Below are positions 15,053-29,114 of a stretch of 64,000 nt of DNA, piece by piece. A program made the translations under genes and the position numbers. The number at the start of each line of letters is the position of its first letter. Positions within the stretch are counted from its first letter, which is position 1. The DNA is from Eledone cirrhosa (taxonomy: Eukaryota), in contig OZ024752.1 in NCBI GenBank assembly GCA_964016885.1, forward strand, positions 19,468,001 to 19,532,000, given 5' to 3'. The notes under the pieces are model-generated. The model worked only from the letters and a program-made list of their open reading frames with translations. It made no database searches and was not told the origin of the DNA.

Positions 15053-15092
15053 CCGAGAACAATTGTTTCACCTTCGCGGATCTTCAGCTCGG
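15053..15092 (-). ncRNA. Minimal type-I hammerhead ribozyme
   Basis: CCGAG CUGAAGA UCCGCGAAGGU GAAA CAAUUG UU CUCGG. Confidence 0.85.
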
Positions 15093-16344
15093 GATGTGTA
15101 TGGTTATAGGAACAGGAAGGACAACCGTACGAACGCGCATGCGCAGAAACTCGGTCACTTCACACAGGCAATACTAGACTGCGTGCGGGGGGGTGTAAGG
15201 GAGATAACTGCGAAAGTCCGGAAAGTTTTTTGGTTGAAAATAAAATAAAAAAATTAAAAATAAAATTACAAAGAATCAGTCCGGAGCCTTGTAGTTATGC
15301 AATAGATGTTTGGTGACGTGTGGACAAAGTGTGAAAAATTCACTCCTCGTCTTTAGGCAATCACTATTGCGTAATCTCTCTAGGATAGTTATTCGTTCGT
15401 CAATACATAAGCCACACGTCGGATTTCCCCTTGCGTATGGCTTGGACTTAGTGATGGCTTTCCATTGAATGGAATAGTCTGTACTTGAGTCCTTGAGGGA
15501 CCATACGTGGCTCGCGAGTTTCGTGGATGAACGTCTGTCCGGGTATCTGAAGATAGACTGGTGGTTCAGGAAACGCTCTTTGAATCGGCCCTCCGCCATG
15601 CCCACATAGGATTTGACCTCCTGTGGTTTGTTTGGTCGGTTGGAAGTGACCACATCTTCATAGATTACAGCTGGTGTGTTGCATTGTTGTTGAAGGGAGC
15701 AAGCTTCAGGCTTACGGCAAGAGCACCCTGGTGGGGGTGTTGCTCCTAGGGCTGCTGGTGATGTGGGCCTTCATGTTCTTAGCGCAGGAGTATCCTAGTT
15801 TAACTTTGTGTCGGTTAAAGATGGAGCGGTATTTATGACCTATGGGGAAGTGTCTATCTAAGAGGGCTAGACATTTTCTTCCTACATTGGTTTTAACGTT
15901 GAGTGAGAAGGGGAGAGAGAACCAGATAGTTTGTCTATTGTTGCGCTTACTTTTCTTAATGGTGTTGTTGCTAGTGGGAGAGTAAGTGATAGGTTGTGAG
16001 AAGCCGCTGTTAGCCAACGCCGTGTTATAATAGGGTGCCGCCCTGTCAAAGATAGCCTTATTAGAGGAGAGGTTTGAGATTCTAGTACTGATATTCTTAA
16101 CGAAGTTTCTAAAAATAGTGGGAGGGTGGCATGAGTCCTTGTGAATGTAATTAAGTTTCTCGTTTAGCTTATGGAAGGGTCTGTGGGTGTGTGTGCGAAG
16201 GTCTAAATTAATGTCTAAGAAATTTCGCAGTTATCTCCCTTACACCCCCCGCACGCAGCCTGGTATTGCCTGTGTGAAGTGACCGAGTTTCTGCGCATGC
16301 GCGTTCGTACGGTTGTTCTTCCTGTTCCTATAACCATACACATC

Positions 16345-16384
16345 CCGAGCTGAAGATCCGCGAAGGTGAAACAATTGTTCTCGG
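16345..16384 (+). ncRNA. Minimal type-I hammerhead ribozyme (inverted copy)
   Basis: CCGAG CTGAAGA TCCGCGAAGGT GAAA CAATTG TT CTCGG. Confidence 0.85.
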
Positions 16385-16410
16385 TATGGTGAACTAACTG
16401 TTGTGTAACC

Positions 16411-16547
<137 letters not shown>

Positions 16548-16564
16548 CACCTATATATATATAT

Positions 16565-16876
<312 letters not shown>

Positions 16877-18786
16877 CAGTATATATGTGTATATATATAC
16901 GTATATATATATGTATATGTTTATATATGTATTCATATAAGTATGTATATATATTTGTATATATATATGTGTGTATATATATACGTATATATGTATATAT
17001 ATATATATGTGTATATATAAATATGTGTGTATATATATATATATGTATATATATATGTGTATATATATGTATATATATATATATATATAGGTGTATATAT
17101 ATATGTATATATATATATATATATATATACACAAATATATATATATGTGTGTGTATACAATATGAAAACCATAGTAATTGTGAAATTAATAGGAAAAGAA
17201 AATCCATAATACAATTCTTCAATAATTATAACCTGAAGTTAGAAATAGAGAATAACTATAAAATCGTTAACTTCTTAGATGTAACATTAAACCTTAGCAT
17301 AACTACACTTTTCATAAAATTAATGAAAATCTAAATTACGTAAGTTTTATCTCTAATCATCCTAGATCTATTAAGAACACTATTGTCAATTGTGTCCAAC
17401 AACGGATTTCACGCATCTCTGCTAATAAAAATATTTTTGATGAAAAGGCTGAATAGTATAATGAAGCTTTAAATAGAGCAGGGTATTCGAATAAAATTAA
17501 ATACATTGGCAACAATAACATGGCAAATCACCCTAGTATTAATTATAATGATAATAAATAATTTAACTTAAACTCTAAACCAAACAAAAGAACTAGAACT
17601 AGGAATATTATTTTGTATTCACCCCCATTCTCATTAAGCGTTAAAACACCTTTAGCAAAACTATTCTTTAAAGCACTAGACAAATGTTTTCCTAAAGCCC
17701 ACATATACCACTCAATCTTTAACAGACATACTATAAAACTATCCTACTCTACTACTATGAACATAGCACAAAATAGAAATAGAATTAATAATAGAAACTT
17801 AAATTTAAACCCTAACCAAAATAGCAATAATAATATTTCTAGCAATATCCAGCATAATAGTACCGTTCCGAGCAACAACAACTCTGTAAAATGTAACTGT
17901 AGAATCAAATCAAACTGCCATTTACAAAATAAGTGTTTAGATAAAAACGTAATCTATAAATGCATAGTTAAAACTAGAGATAATATATTTAACTATGTCG
18001 GGGCCACTTCTACAAAATTTAAAGATCGCTGAAATAACCATAATCATTCTTTCAGAAGATCTGATAAAAAATCTTCTACTTCTCTTTCACATCTTATATG
18101 GAACTTAAAAATAGACTATTCAATATCTTGGAAAACGATTTCGTAGCACCTGCGTACCAAAATATGGCTTTATCAAAATTCTGTAAATTGTGTATTGAAG
18201 AAACTTTTTATATAATTAACTGTCAAAACTCTATTAATCTCAGGACAGAATTATTTTCTTCTTGCAGACATCGCCAAAATTCTACATTGAGAACTATGTG
18301 TAATTTATAATATTCCTATAAATCTTCAAAATGATCCTATCTTTAACAATTTAAATTTTTAATATTTTAATATATTAATATCTCTATATGGTAATATCTC
18401 TAATATTTGTAGTACTTTCACCTTTCAGCAAACATTTCTTTTAATATATATATATTTATTTATATATATATATATGTGTATAGATATTTATATATATTTA
18501 TATATCTATATAATTTTAATTTTCATTTTTTAATTCTTTAATTCTTACATTATATTTTTCCAATGACACCCTCTAAAGCTATTTTTAAACGTAGATTGAT
18601 AACCATTAACTGACATTAGAAAAATGTATCCTATTCAAGACGATGTTTAAACATTCACATTTCTTTCGACTAAATAATTAATTAATCTCACACTAACTCT
18701 TAAAACATTTTATCGATTAACAAACAAAATTGAAGTTATCTTCTTTTCTCAATCACATAAACTTATTTCATTATTTAAAACATTTT

Positions 18787-18890
18787 GAGTTCAAATCCCG
18801 CCGAGGTTAACTTTGCGGGGTCGATAAAATAAAGTACCAGTAATGTACTGGGTAATTGCTGGCCTTGTGCCTAAAGTAGAAACAATTATT
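18787..18890 (+). mobile_element. Partial Meta-domain SINE nested in the PLE 3' region
   Basis: GAGTTCAAATCCCGCCGAGG...GTAGAAACAATT. Confidence 0.85.
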
Positions 18891-19294
18891 TAAAACATTC
18901 TCAAAGCCGAACAAGATATTCAAATATATAAATTCATAATATTAACTACCTATTTATTTACATATTATAAACAACCACCTAACACTTGAACTATCTATTT
19001 ATTTATATACATAAAACACAAAATCAACTTCCCTCGTAACTTATATTATAAACAACTAATAATTACAAATTATCTCTTTAATAATAATACATATACTATT
19101 ATTAAAATATATATAGATATTTATATATTTAACCCACTACAATATTATAAGATAAATACTTACAAACATAATTCTCCATATAAATATATACATAATATAG
19201 GTAAATATTCAAATTTATTTCCCCAAAATTAACGTATATAAGCGGTCTTCTTTTTCTTTTTCTTTTTTCCTCTTTCTTTCTTTCTTTCTTTTTT

Positions 19295-19329
<35 letters not shown>

Positions 19330-19530
19330 CTCCTACTAATATATCTAAACTTTCCTTAGCGTTTAAAATAATTATTTTTTAATCATATAACTCAACCTCA
19401 TTTACATATTCATTTGCATACTCATCCTAAAAGTTTGAAAAATCCGTTATTTAAATTCACTACCCAAGGAAAATTCAACTGATAAGGTATGTTTCCTCGG
19501 CTATGTCAAATTTTATAAAACGCACTTTGT

Positions 19531-19590
19531 ATTTTATCTGATGAAAGCGTACCAAAGTTTTTGGTACCCTTGAAATATATATAATAGAAT
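19531..19590 (+). ncRNA. Minimal type-I hammerhead ribozyme
   Basis: ATTTTAT CTGATGA AAGCGTACCAAAGTTTTTGGTACCCTT GAAA TATATA TA ATAGAAT. Confidence 0.85.
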
Positions 19591-19725
19591 AAATATGGTT
19601 TTATAAATATAGTTTCCATTTATTTAATATCGTTGAATATTCACTCCAGAAAGCTGTCGAGTGCTCTGAATCAGTTATAAACATTTATATTTGTTGAATT
19701 TCTAACAAATTAAATATCCCTTCTA

Positions 19726-19807
<82 letters not shown>

Positions 19808-19814
<7 letters not shown>

Positions 19815-20040
19815 TAAAATAACAGATTAAAGTTTAAGCAAAGAATCGCTGCTTTCACCCTTAACGGGATCTTCTGAGTTTCAGAAGATCCCGTTAAGGG
19901 TGAAAGCAGCGATTCTTTGCTTAAACTTTAATCTGTTATTTTAATAAATATTTGTTCTACGGTTCTTATATATTTGATATATATTTATCCTTATCGAGAC
20001 CTCTTTGGATTTTAGTCTTCAAATTTATTATTATTACTAT
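19808..20040. mobile_element. Asymmetric palindromic remnant in (TA)n
   Basis: Inverted arms of about 70 bp around GTT at about 19879; the long arm continues to 20040. Confidence 0.85.
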
Positions 20041-20061
20041 ATATATATATATATATATATA

Positions 20062-20308
20062 GATTTTGAGTTTATGTTGGTTGTATACCAACACCTCAGT
20101 ATGCAGGCTGGAGCACTCGACGAAGTGCGCAGGTTGGTTTGGTTACTCCGGAGTAGTGTAAAATAAAGTTAAATAAAAGTCAAATGATTAAAATTTAGCT
20201 TCGTTTATTACTGCTATATATATTTCAGTGGCTGTCACTGAAATATATATAGCAGTAATAAATGAAGCTAAATTTTAATCATTTGACTTTTATTTAACTT
20301 TATTTTAT
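20062..20308. mobile_element. Asymmetric palindromic remnant turning inside a hammerhead-like stem II
   Basis: Arms of about 70 bp centred on CAGTGGCTGTCACTG; each arm reads GAAA TATATA TA GCAGT. Confidence 0.7.
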
Positions 20309-20348
20309 ATATATATATATAAATATATATATATGCATATATATATAT

Positions 20349-20532
20349 AATTGTTTCTACTTTTGGCACAAGGCCAGCAATTACCCAGTACATAACTGGT
20401 ACTTTATTTTATCGACCCCGTAAGGATGAAAGGCAAAGTTAACCTCGGCGGGATTTGAACTCAGAACGTAAAGGGACGTAACTATGCTGGTAATCATGTC
20501 CGACCCTCTACCGATACTGCCAATTCACCGCC
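20349..20532 (-). mobile_element. Full-length Meta-domain tRNA SINE
   Basis: Complete head, core and tail on the minus strand. Confidence 0.9.
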
Positions 20533-20643
20533 CTAAATGCATATATATATATAATAATTATTAATAAGGGTATAACGTGCAATGGTCTTACTCGATAATG
20601 AGGGGGCAGCCATCATATATATATGTATATATATGTATATATA

Positions 20644-21098
20644 TTTCGTTTCTGAATTTGTTTAGCAAGATTCTTTATCTGAAAACGTGTGTTGAAACCG
20701 ATATTGTTATACTTTGGGAATGTCATGTTGCCGATAAGAAACACACGCACCAGTTGCTTTCACTCCAATTTATTATAAATTAAATTATAAATTTTAAAAA
20801 TTTATAAATTTCCGGTTGGTTGGTTGGTTCCACAACCGGACGGTTGTTCATATATTGCCAAAGTTCTTTCGTCACACAAAAACAAAGAAAAGAATCCCCA
20901 GTCACTGAAGAGGTCACAGAATGTGTGACGAAAGAACTTTGACAATATATGAACAACCGTCCGGTTGTGGAACCAACCAACCAACCGGAAATTTATAAAT
21001 TTTTAAAATTTATAATTTAATATATAATAAATTGGAGTGAAAGCAACTGGTGCGTGTGTTTCTTATTGGCAACATGACCCTCCCAAAGTATAACAATA
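20644..21098. mobile_element. Asymmetric palindromic PLE-type remnant with a hammerhead at 20901-20943 (+)
   Basis: Inverted arms of about 175 bp; GTCA CTGAAGA GGTCACAGAATGTGTGAC GAAA GAAC TT TGAC (weak stem III); same family at 38165-39345. Confidence 0.8.
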
Positions 21099-21100
21099 TG

Positions 21101-21135
<35 letters not shown>

Positions 21136-21140
21136 GTATT

Positions 21141-21176
<36 letters not shown>

Positions 21177-21471
21177 TATATATGTATATACATATGTATA
21201 TGTATATATATGTGTGTATATATATATATGTATATATATGTATATATATATATATATGTATATATATGTATATATATATATATATGTATATATGTATATA
21301 TATATATGTATATATATGTATATATCTATATCTATATATATGTATATCTTGGTTGTAAGAGGCTTAGCTCTGTTTCTTGACCGCTGTATCACGTGATGGA
21401 CTCCCCCTCCGCCTTTCGGGATTCTATCTCGCGTCCCGCGGATGTGTTTTGACACTCTAAATGAGGTATCC

Positions 21472-21562
21472 TCTCTTGATAAGTCGGCAAACCTCACAAA
21501 AATACTGTATCTCTGTGATGTAGTGTTTTTGCATAATATGCCACGAAACTACGTAGTCGAGG
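21472..21562 (+). ncRNA. Type-I hammerhead with U3-A8 variant core and extended stem II
   Basis: TCTC TTGATAA GTCGGCA-[long hairpin]-TGCCAC GAAA CTACGTAG TC GAGG. Confidence 0.7.
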
Positions 21563-21631
21563 ACTAGTGAAGGAATTTGGGTATGGTATATCTTATTAAT
21601 TATATCTAATGTTTCTTCTCTCTTTATAATG

Positions 21632-21667
<36 letters not shown>

Positions 21668-21672
21668 GTATG

Positions 21673-21733
<61 letters not shown>

Positions 21734-21792
21734 GTATATATATATATATATGCATATATATATATATATATATGTATATCTATATATCTATA

Positions 21793-21867
<75 letters not shown>

Positions 21868-22454
21868 ATATATATACATATAGATATATAGATATATGTA
21901 TATGTGTATATATATATATATATGTGTGTCTGTGTGTTTGTTCATTTATCTAATTTTTAAGAAGTTTTTTTTTATTTTCTAATTATTTCATTATTTAATA
22001 TATGTTATGTTTCAGTGTGAAATGTTCAGGTGAGCAGGCTGCTTCTTGTCTTCAACAGGTAACTAGTAGTAACTGCTTTGATGGTGATTTATCATCTACG
22101 TGGCTTGCTGAAACTATTCTAAAATCAGGCAACTGGTTTCACTTACCTACTTATTTATCTACCTGTCTATCTATCTATCTATCTATCTACCTGTGTATCT
22201 ATCTGTATATCTACCTGTTTATTTGTTTATTTATTCGGCGAAGATGACTGTAGACAGAGTTATGCCAAAAGCAACGATTCTATAAATATATTCGCTCCAA
22301 GTTTTTGCTTTGTTGCCGGAAAACTTGTGTCGGTATTTGAAAGTAAGATGGCGCTCAGCTAGTGAAGAGAAAAAAAATAACAATGTTTTTTTTTTATATG
22401 GCATAACGCCACAAATCTTGTAGAAGGAAGTAAAGAAAAAATGTCTCAAGTCTG

Positions 22455-22710
22455 TCTGGAGCCCGGAGGCTCAGCAGGCCGGTGCTTTACTCGGTTTCCG
22501 TGGAGTGACTAAGAGTACTTCCCCCGTGGGCAGGGCGTCAGTCCATCGCAGGGTTAAACCCCCAGCTATTGCTGGTACTCATTTTCAACTGAATATACTG
22601 GAGCAACGTGAAGTGTTTTGATTCAGAACACAATACACAACTCAGTCCAGGAATCGAACCTGCTATATCATGATCGTAAGTCCAACACCTTTATCACTAG
22701 GCCATGCAGC
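22455..22710 (-). mobile_element. tRNA-derived SINE (second family)
   Basis: Minus head TGGCCTAGTGA...GGTTCGATTCC (A and B boxes), AATGAGTACCAGC core. Confidence 0.75.
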
Positions 22711-22895
22711 ACTACTTAGAAGAACACAATTGGTTTAATTGAAACCCAGAATATTACTGGTACATATTTATCGATGCCCTCACGCTCAGAATGAAAAGCG
22801 AAGTAGATCTTAGAATGAAACGTACATATACACCAGTACATGACTCTTGGCTGCTTCACTCTGTTACAATCATTCAGGCCATGTCCCTGATTTGG

Positions 22896-22990
<95 letters not shown>

Positions 22991-23077
22991 CCTTCTTGAA
23001 AACCCCTAGAAGTGTTACGACCATTGCCTTTCCCTTCCTGACTAAACAGTATAAAAGACAGATATAAAAATTTAATA

Positions 23078-23182
23078 ATTGTTTCTACTTTTGGCACAAG
23101 GCCAGTGTATTACTGGTACTTTATTTTATCGACCCCGTAAGGATGAAAGGCAAAGTTAACCTCGGTGGGATTTGAACTCAGA
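23078..23182 (-). mobile_element. Partial Meta-domain SINE
   Basis: Core and tail match the family. Confidence 0.85.
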
Positions 23183-23254
23183 TAATAATGAAAGAAGGAA
23201 AATACAAAGAAATAAAGCATGATAATTAAAACACCCCGACAGATGATTCCTAGG

Positions 23255-23530
23255 TGAAGGTGCGTGGCTTAGTGGTTAGAGAGTTGTGTCCTTGAGCAGG
23301 GTATTTTATTCCACGTTGTTCCAGTTCACTCAGCTGTAGAAATGAGTTGCGAGGTCACTGCAACCATTGCCTTTCCCCTTGGACAACATCGATGGCGTGG
23401 AAAGGGAGGACTGGCACGGGCGACTGCTGGACTTCCAGAAAACCCCTTGCTTGGGCTTGTGCAGAAAAAAGGGACTTTATAGATGCAAAAGCCATCGTCA
23501 TTCGTGGCCGAATGGGTTTTTTACCCTTAC
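23255..23530 (+). mobile_element. tRNA-derived SINE (second family, degenerate)
   Basis: GTGGCTTAGTGGTTAG head, TTGTGTCCTTGAGCA, CACTCAGCTG. Confidence 0.7.
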
Positions 23531-24409
23531 GGGTGATTCCTAAACAACTAAATTACATCAAGTCCATATTTCTTAACTGAGAGACCCTATTGATGGCTGC
23601 ATTATTGATATTCACCATCTCTGAACTGGATACTCAGGACTAGTGTCCGTAAATTTTGGTCACAACAGGAAATGTATATAAAAAAGAATCAGCTTATCGC
23701 TAGATCAGACCAGAAATCTGTCTTTCCATTGCTGATACTATCTGGCAGTCACATCTTCTAGAAGTGACATCACTTTTCTACTGACAGAAAGCATGATTTA
23801 AATTTAGAGAACACATAGCTGGGACACTGGAACACATACCACAAATCAACTCGTCTGACGCTTTAACAATTCCACTAATCTACTGTCCATGGACTTGTAC
23901 TTTATTTACCGACCTAGAAGGGATAAAAGGCAACGTTGATCTCGATGTGGTTTTGAACTAAGAAGACTGTGTGCCGGAACAAATACCAAGGCATTTAACT
24001 CGACTCTCGAACAACTTAGCAAAATCACAGCCATATCAAATATATATAATATACTGAAACGGGACTTGAAAGCGGCATGCTGTATGTCGGCTCAGTTTAT
24101 TGAGGCTCTCAACGTCTGTTTGGATAATCCATACTAGTCTGTTGAGAAAACAACAACTGGTATAGTGGAATAACTATTTACATCGAGTGAGAAGTGAAGA
24201 ATTAAAGACCCTGTTGCAGAAATACTTTGCCAGGATATAAAGTGGAGAATGAAACATACGAATACAGTAATATTGAGATTGTTTAATGAATTAGTCGGAC
24301 TGAAGGACGACAAAGACTTGTGGCAGGAAGATATCCTCACATTTGGAGAACTGGCTAAAATGTTTTCAATAGGGTGGGCTACATTAAAAACACTCAAATG
24401 CTACATGGA

Positions 24410-26482
24410 GGCGAGAACTCCACGAAAGGTACACCAAGGCTAGGTGATGGTGGGGACTCCACGAAAGGTACACGAAGGATAGGTGATGGTGGGGACTCCA
24501 CGAAAGGTACACGAAGGCTAGGTGGTGGTGGGGACTCCACGAAAGGTACACAAAGACTAGGTGATGGTGGGGACTCCACGAAAGGTACACAAAGACTAGG
24601 TGATGGTGGGGACTCGACGGGAGGTACACAGAGGCGAGGTGGTGGTGTGGACTCCAGGAAAGGTACACAAAGGCTAGGTGATGGTGGGGACTCCACGAAA
24701 GGTACACAAAGGCGAGGTGGTGGTGGGGACTCCACGAAAGGTACACGAAGGCTAGGTGGTGGTGTGGACTCCACGAAAGGTACACAAAGACTAGGTGATG
24801 GTGGGGACTCGACGGGAGGTACACAAAGGCGAGGTGATGGTGGGGACTCCAGGAAAGGTACACAAAGGCTAGGTGATGGTGGGGACTCGACGGGAGGTAC
24901 ACAAAGGCGAGGTGATGGTGGGGACTCCAGGAAAGGTACACAAAGGCGAGGTGGTGGTGGGGACTCCACGAAAGGTACACGAAGGCTAGGTGGTGGTGTG
25001 GACTCCACGAAAGGTACACAAAGACTAGGTGATGGTGAGGACTCGACGGGAGGTACACAAAGGCGAGGTGATGGTGGGGACTCCAGGAAAGGTACACAAA
25101 GGCTAGGTGATGGTGGGGACTCGACGGGAGGTACACAAAGGCGAGGTGATGGTGGGGACTCCAGGAAAGGTACACAAAGGCTAGGTGATGGTGGGGACTC
25201 GACGGGAGGTACACAAAGGCGAGGTGATGGTGGGGACTCCAGGAAAGGTACACAAAGGCGAGGTGATGGTGGGGACTCCACGAAAGGTACACGAAGGCTA
25301 GGTGGTGGTGTGGACTCCACGAAAGGTACACAAAGGCTAGGTGATGGTGGGGACTCCACGAAAGGTACACAAAGGCGAGGTAGTGGTGGGGACTCCACGA
25401 AAGGTACACAAAGGCGAGGTGGTGGTGGGGACTCCACGAAAGGTACACAAAGGCTAGGTGGCGGTGGGGACTCCACGAAAGGTACACAAAGGCTAGGTGG
25501 CGGTGGGGACTCCACGAAAGGTACACAAAGGCGAGGTGATGGTGGGGACTCCACGAAAGGTACACAAAGGCTAGGTGATGGTGGGGACTCCACGAAAGGT
25601 ACACAAAGGGTAGGTGATGGTGGGGACTCCACGAAAGGTACACAAAGGCTAGGTGGTGGTGGGGACTCCACGAAAGGTACACAAAGGCGAGGTGGTGGTG
25701 GGGACTCCACGAAAGGTACACAAAGACTAGGTGATGGTGGGGACTCCACGAAAGGTACACAAAGGCGAGGTGATGGTGGGGACTCCACGAAAGGTACACA
25801 AAGGCTAGGTGGCGGTGGGGACTCCACGAAAGGTACACAAAGGCGAGGTGATGGTGGGGACTCCACGAAAGGTACACAAAGGCGAGGTGGTGGTGGGGAC
25901 TCCACGAAAGGTACACAAAGGCTAGGTGGTGGTGGGGACTCCACGAAAGGTACACAAAGGCGAGGTGGTGGTGGGGACTCCACGAAAGGTACACAAAGGC
26001 GAGGTGGTGGTGGGGACTCCACGAAAGGTACACAAAGGCTAGGTGGTGGTGGGGACTCCACGAAAGGTACACAAAGGCTAGGTGGCGGTGGGGACTCCAC
26101 GAAAGGTACACAAAGGCGAGGTGATGGTGGGGACTCCACGAAAGGTACACAAAGACTAGGTGATGGTGGGGACTCCACGAAAGGTACACAAAGACTAGGT
26201 GATGGTGGGGACTCGACGAAAGGTACACAAAGGCGAGGTAGTGGTGGGGACTCCACGAAAGGTACACAAAGGCGAGGTGATGGTGGGGACTCCACGAAAG
26301 GTACACAAAGGCTAGGTGGCGGTGGGGACTCCACGAAAGGTACACAGAGGCGAGGTGATGGTGGGGACTCCACGAAAGGTACACAAAGGCGAGGTGGTGG
26401 TGGGGACTCCACGAAAGGTACACAAAGGCTAGGTGGTGGTGTGAACTCCACGAAAGGTACACAAGGGCTAGGTGGTGGTGTT
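24410..26482. repeat. 33-bp GC-rich minisatellite, about 62 units
   Basis: GGTGRTGGTGGGGACTCCACGAAAGGTACACAAAGGC(T/G)A in tandem. Confidence 0.98.
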
Positions 26483-27069
26483 AAACTAGGAACCGGGTTG
26501 GGACCAATACACTAAATTATGTAAATTACTTTACTCTGTAGTAAAGAAGGGGAGGGCAGTGCCAACGATTTCGGGGATTCCGTGGTTGAGTTAGGTAGAG
26601 AGGTAAACTTAAATGAGAGGGCTTGTCTACATATAATGGCATCTCCGTATATAAACATTTATGAACAGAAATATGTTATTTAGAAGCATTAAAATAGATG
26701 AAAGTTGATACAGAGGAAAACTGGAACAATTGCCAGGTACATTTTCCATATGTAAAATTTAGAAAGTAGCGCAGCATGTAAATTCCCATATTCTACAAAA
26801 ACAAAGTATTATTAAAACAAAAAGACTTCGAGCTACAAATCAACTTCTCTTTAGAGCTACAGGGTAGCAGTTTTAGTAGAGTACATGTGCCTTAAGCAGT
26901 ACTCAACCACAACAAAAACATTAATAATGATGACGATGGTGAAGATGATGATGATGATGGATGATTGATGACAATGACGGAGCACCCACATCAGCCTTCT
27001 TCGTCTTCTTCGCCCACTTATTCCTGAGAGGGTTGGTGGGGCAGAGTCCTCAAAAACTCCTTCCAGTGG

Positions 27070-27480
27070 GTCCTACCGTAGCAATCGTCTCGAATTGATC
27101 TTCTTCAGGTGTGGTCCGATGGTCAAAAACACCGGAAGTCTCCACTGCTAGAGATTCGACCACAAACTTATCGGAGAGTGACTATTACTACGATAGTTTT
27201 TCAGACTTCAGTCTGACCAGCAGCGAGACCTTGGTCATGGAATGAAACAGGTTGCCACTGAAGGAGCTGTCACAGCATGTAGCATCCCAGAAAAATGACC
27301 CACAAATACGGAACGAGAAGATTGTTATGACATCAACCCTTTTCCTGTCCCCTCGGTCCAGCCCCGCTGGCTACAGATGGAGGCCTGCACCGGCCAGACT
27401 ATGTTTTATGATCTCGTTGAGAGTAGCATGGCGTGGGATGCGGTAGAGACTGTAACGGGATGTTAGTGAGTCCAAAGTTG
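27070..27480 (-). mobile_element. CRE-like LINE fragment (restriction-like endonuclease), next to a short RTE 3' end at 26995-27068
   Basis: RHATLNEIIKHSL...PAGLDRGDRKRVD...WDATCCD...LAVETSG resembles the RH...LN...GL.R.DGKRPDG...WDAT..D...VET.G motif series. Confidence 0.7.
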
Positions 27481-27486
27481 AACCGC

Positions 27487-28748
27487 AGAGAGATATTAGT
27501 GTTGTACTGTAGAGATATTAGTGTTGTACTGTAGAGATATTAGTGTTGTACTGTAGAGATATTGGTGTTGTATTGTAGAGAGATATTAGTGTTGTAGTGT
27601 AGAGAGATATTGGTGTTGTACTGTAGAGATATTAGTGTTGTACTGTAGAGATATTAGTGTTGTACTGTAGAGATATTAGTGGTGTACTGTAGAGAGATAT
27701 TAGTGTTGTCCTGTAGAGATATTAGTGTTGTACTGTAGAGATATTGGTGTTGTACTGTAGAGATATTAGCGTTGTACTGTAGAGATATTAGTGTTGTACT
27801 GTAGAGATATTAGTGTTGTCCTGTAGAGATATTGGTGTTGTACTGTAGAGATATTGGTGTTGTACTGTAGAGATATTGGTGTTGTACTGTAGAGAGATAT
27901 TAGTGTCGTACTGTAGAGATATTAGTGTTGTACTGTAGAGATATTGGTGTTGTACTGTAGAGAGATATTAGTGTTGTACTGTAGAGATATTGGTGTTGTA
28001 CTGTAGAGAGATATTAGTGTTGTACTGTAGAGATATTGGTGTTGTACTGTAGAGATATTAGTGTTGTACTGTAGAGAGATATTGGTGTGGTACTGTAGAG
28101 AGATATTAGTGTTGTACTGTAGAGATATTAGTGTTGTACTGTAGAGATATTGGTGTTGTATTGTAGAGATATTAGTGTTGTACTGTAGAGATATTAGTGC
28201 TGTACTGTAGAGATATTGGTGTTGTACTGTAGAGATATTAGTGTTGTACTGTAGAGATAGTGTTGTACTGTAGAGATATTAGTGTTGTGATGTAGAGAGA
28301 TATTGGTGTTGTACTGTAGAGAGATATTGGTGTTGTACTGTAGAGAGATATTAGTGTTGTACTGTAGAGAGATATTGGTGTTGTATTGTAGAGATATTAG
28401 TGTTGTACTCTAGAGATATTGGTGTTGTCCTGTAGAGATATTAGTGTTGTACTGTAGAGATATTGGTGTTGTACTGTAGAGATATTAGTGTTGTACTGTA
28501 GAGATATTGGTGTTGTGCTGTAGCGAGATATTAGTGCTGTACTGTAGAGAGATATTAGTGTTGTACTGTAGAGATATTAGTGTTGTACTGTAGAGATATT
28601 GGTGTTGTACTGTAGAGATATTGGTGTTGTACTGTAGAGATATTGGTGTTGTACTGTAGAGAGATATTAGTGTTGTACTGTAGAGATATTAGTGTTGTAC
28701 TGTAGAGATATTAGTGTTGTACTGTAAAGAGATATTGGTGTTGTACTC
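27487..28748. repeat. 20/22-bp minisatellite
   Basis: GAGATATTRGTGTTGTACTGTA in tandem. Confidence 0.98.
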
Positions 28749-28794
28749 GTAGTTCTACCTTTAATTGTTGATCTCCATTATAACCACCTTCACT

Positions 28795-28804
28795 GCTACT
28801 GCTG

Positions 28805-28854
<50 letters not shown>

Positions 28855-28855
28855 G

Positions 28856-28892
<37 letters not shown>

Positions 28893-28930
28893 CACTACTA
28901 CTACTACTATAACCACCTTCACTGCTACTG

Positions 28931-28984
<54 letters not shown>

Positions 28985-29055
28985 ACACTACTACTATACT
29001 GCTGCTTCTGCTGCTACTGCTGCTACTGCTAGTACTACCACTAATACTACTACTA
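28795..29055. repeat. (ACT)n microsatellite with an internal duplication
   Basis: Direct inspection. Confidence 0.9.
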
Positions 29056-29114
29056 CAAAGGTGTCACCTGCATTTATATTTAACCAAGGAAATGAGGAAT
29101 TGAAGAGCTCAAAC

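Larger units (their letters stand above)
17160..19730 (+). mobile_element. 5'-truncated Naiad-type PLE (same family as 5745-9350)
   Basis: [29 protein letters not shown]...YVG, CKLC...SCRH, then AT-rich 3' region and hammerhead. Confidence 0.92.

Noticed and set aside
18030-18032. In-frame TGA in the PLE endonuclease as possible selenocysteine
   Set aside because: Aligns to TGG (Trp, ERWYNH) in the sister copy rather than to a conserved Cys; an ordinary nonsense mutation
22016-22058. Possible 43-nt plus-strand exon (TTTCAG|...CAG|GTAACT)
   Set aside because: Splice signals are plausible, but the peptide is unrecognisable and no partner exon was found; needs RNA-seq
24134-24443. Short ORFs left of the 33-bp array
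   Set aside because: No recognisable domain, and stops interrupt the longer frame
24410-26482. Hammerhead-like look of the 33-bp unit (GTGATG-GTGG..CCAC-GAAA..TA)
   Set aside because: Lacks C3 and A9, has no stem I or III, and many units read GGTGGT
24374-26515. Three overlapping ORFs of about 700 aa
   Set aside because: The 33-bp unit keeps several frames open on both strands; nothing supports translation
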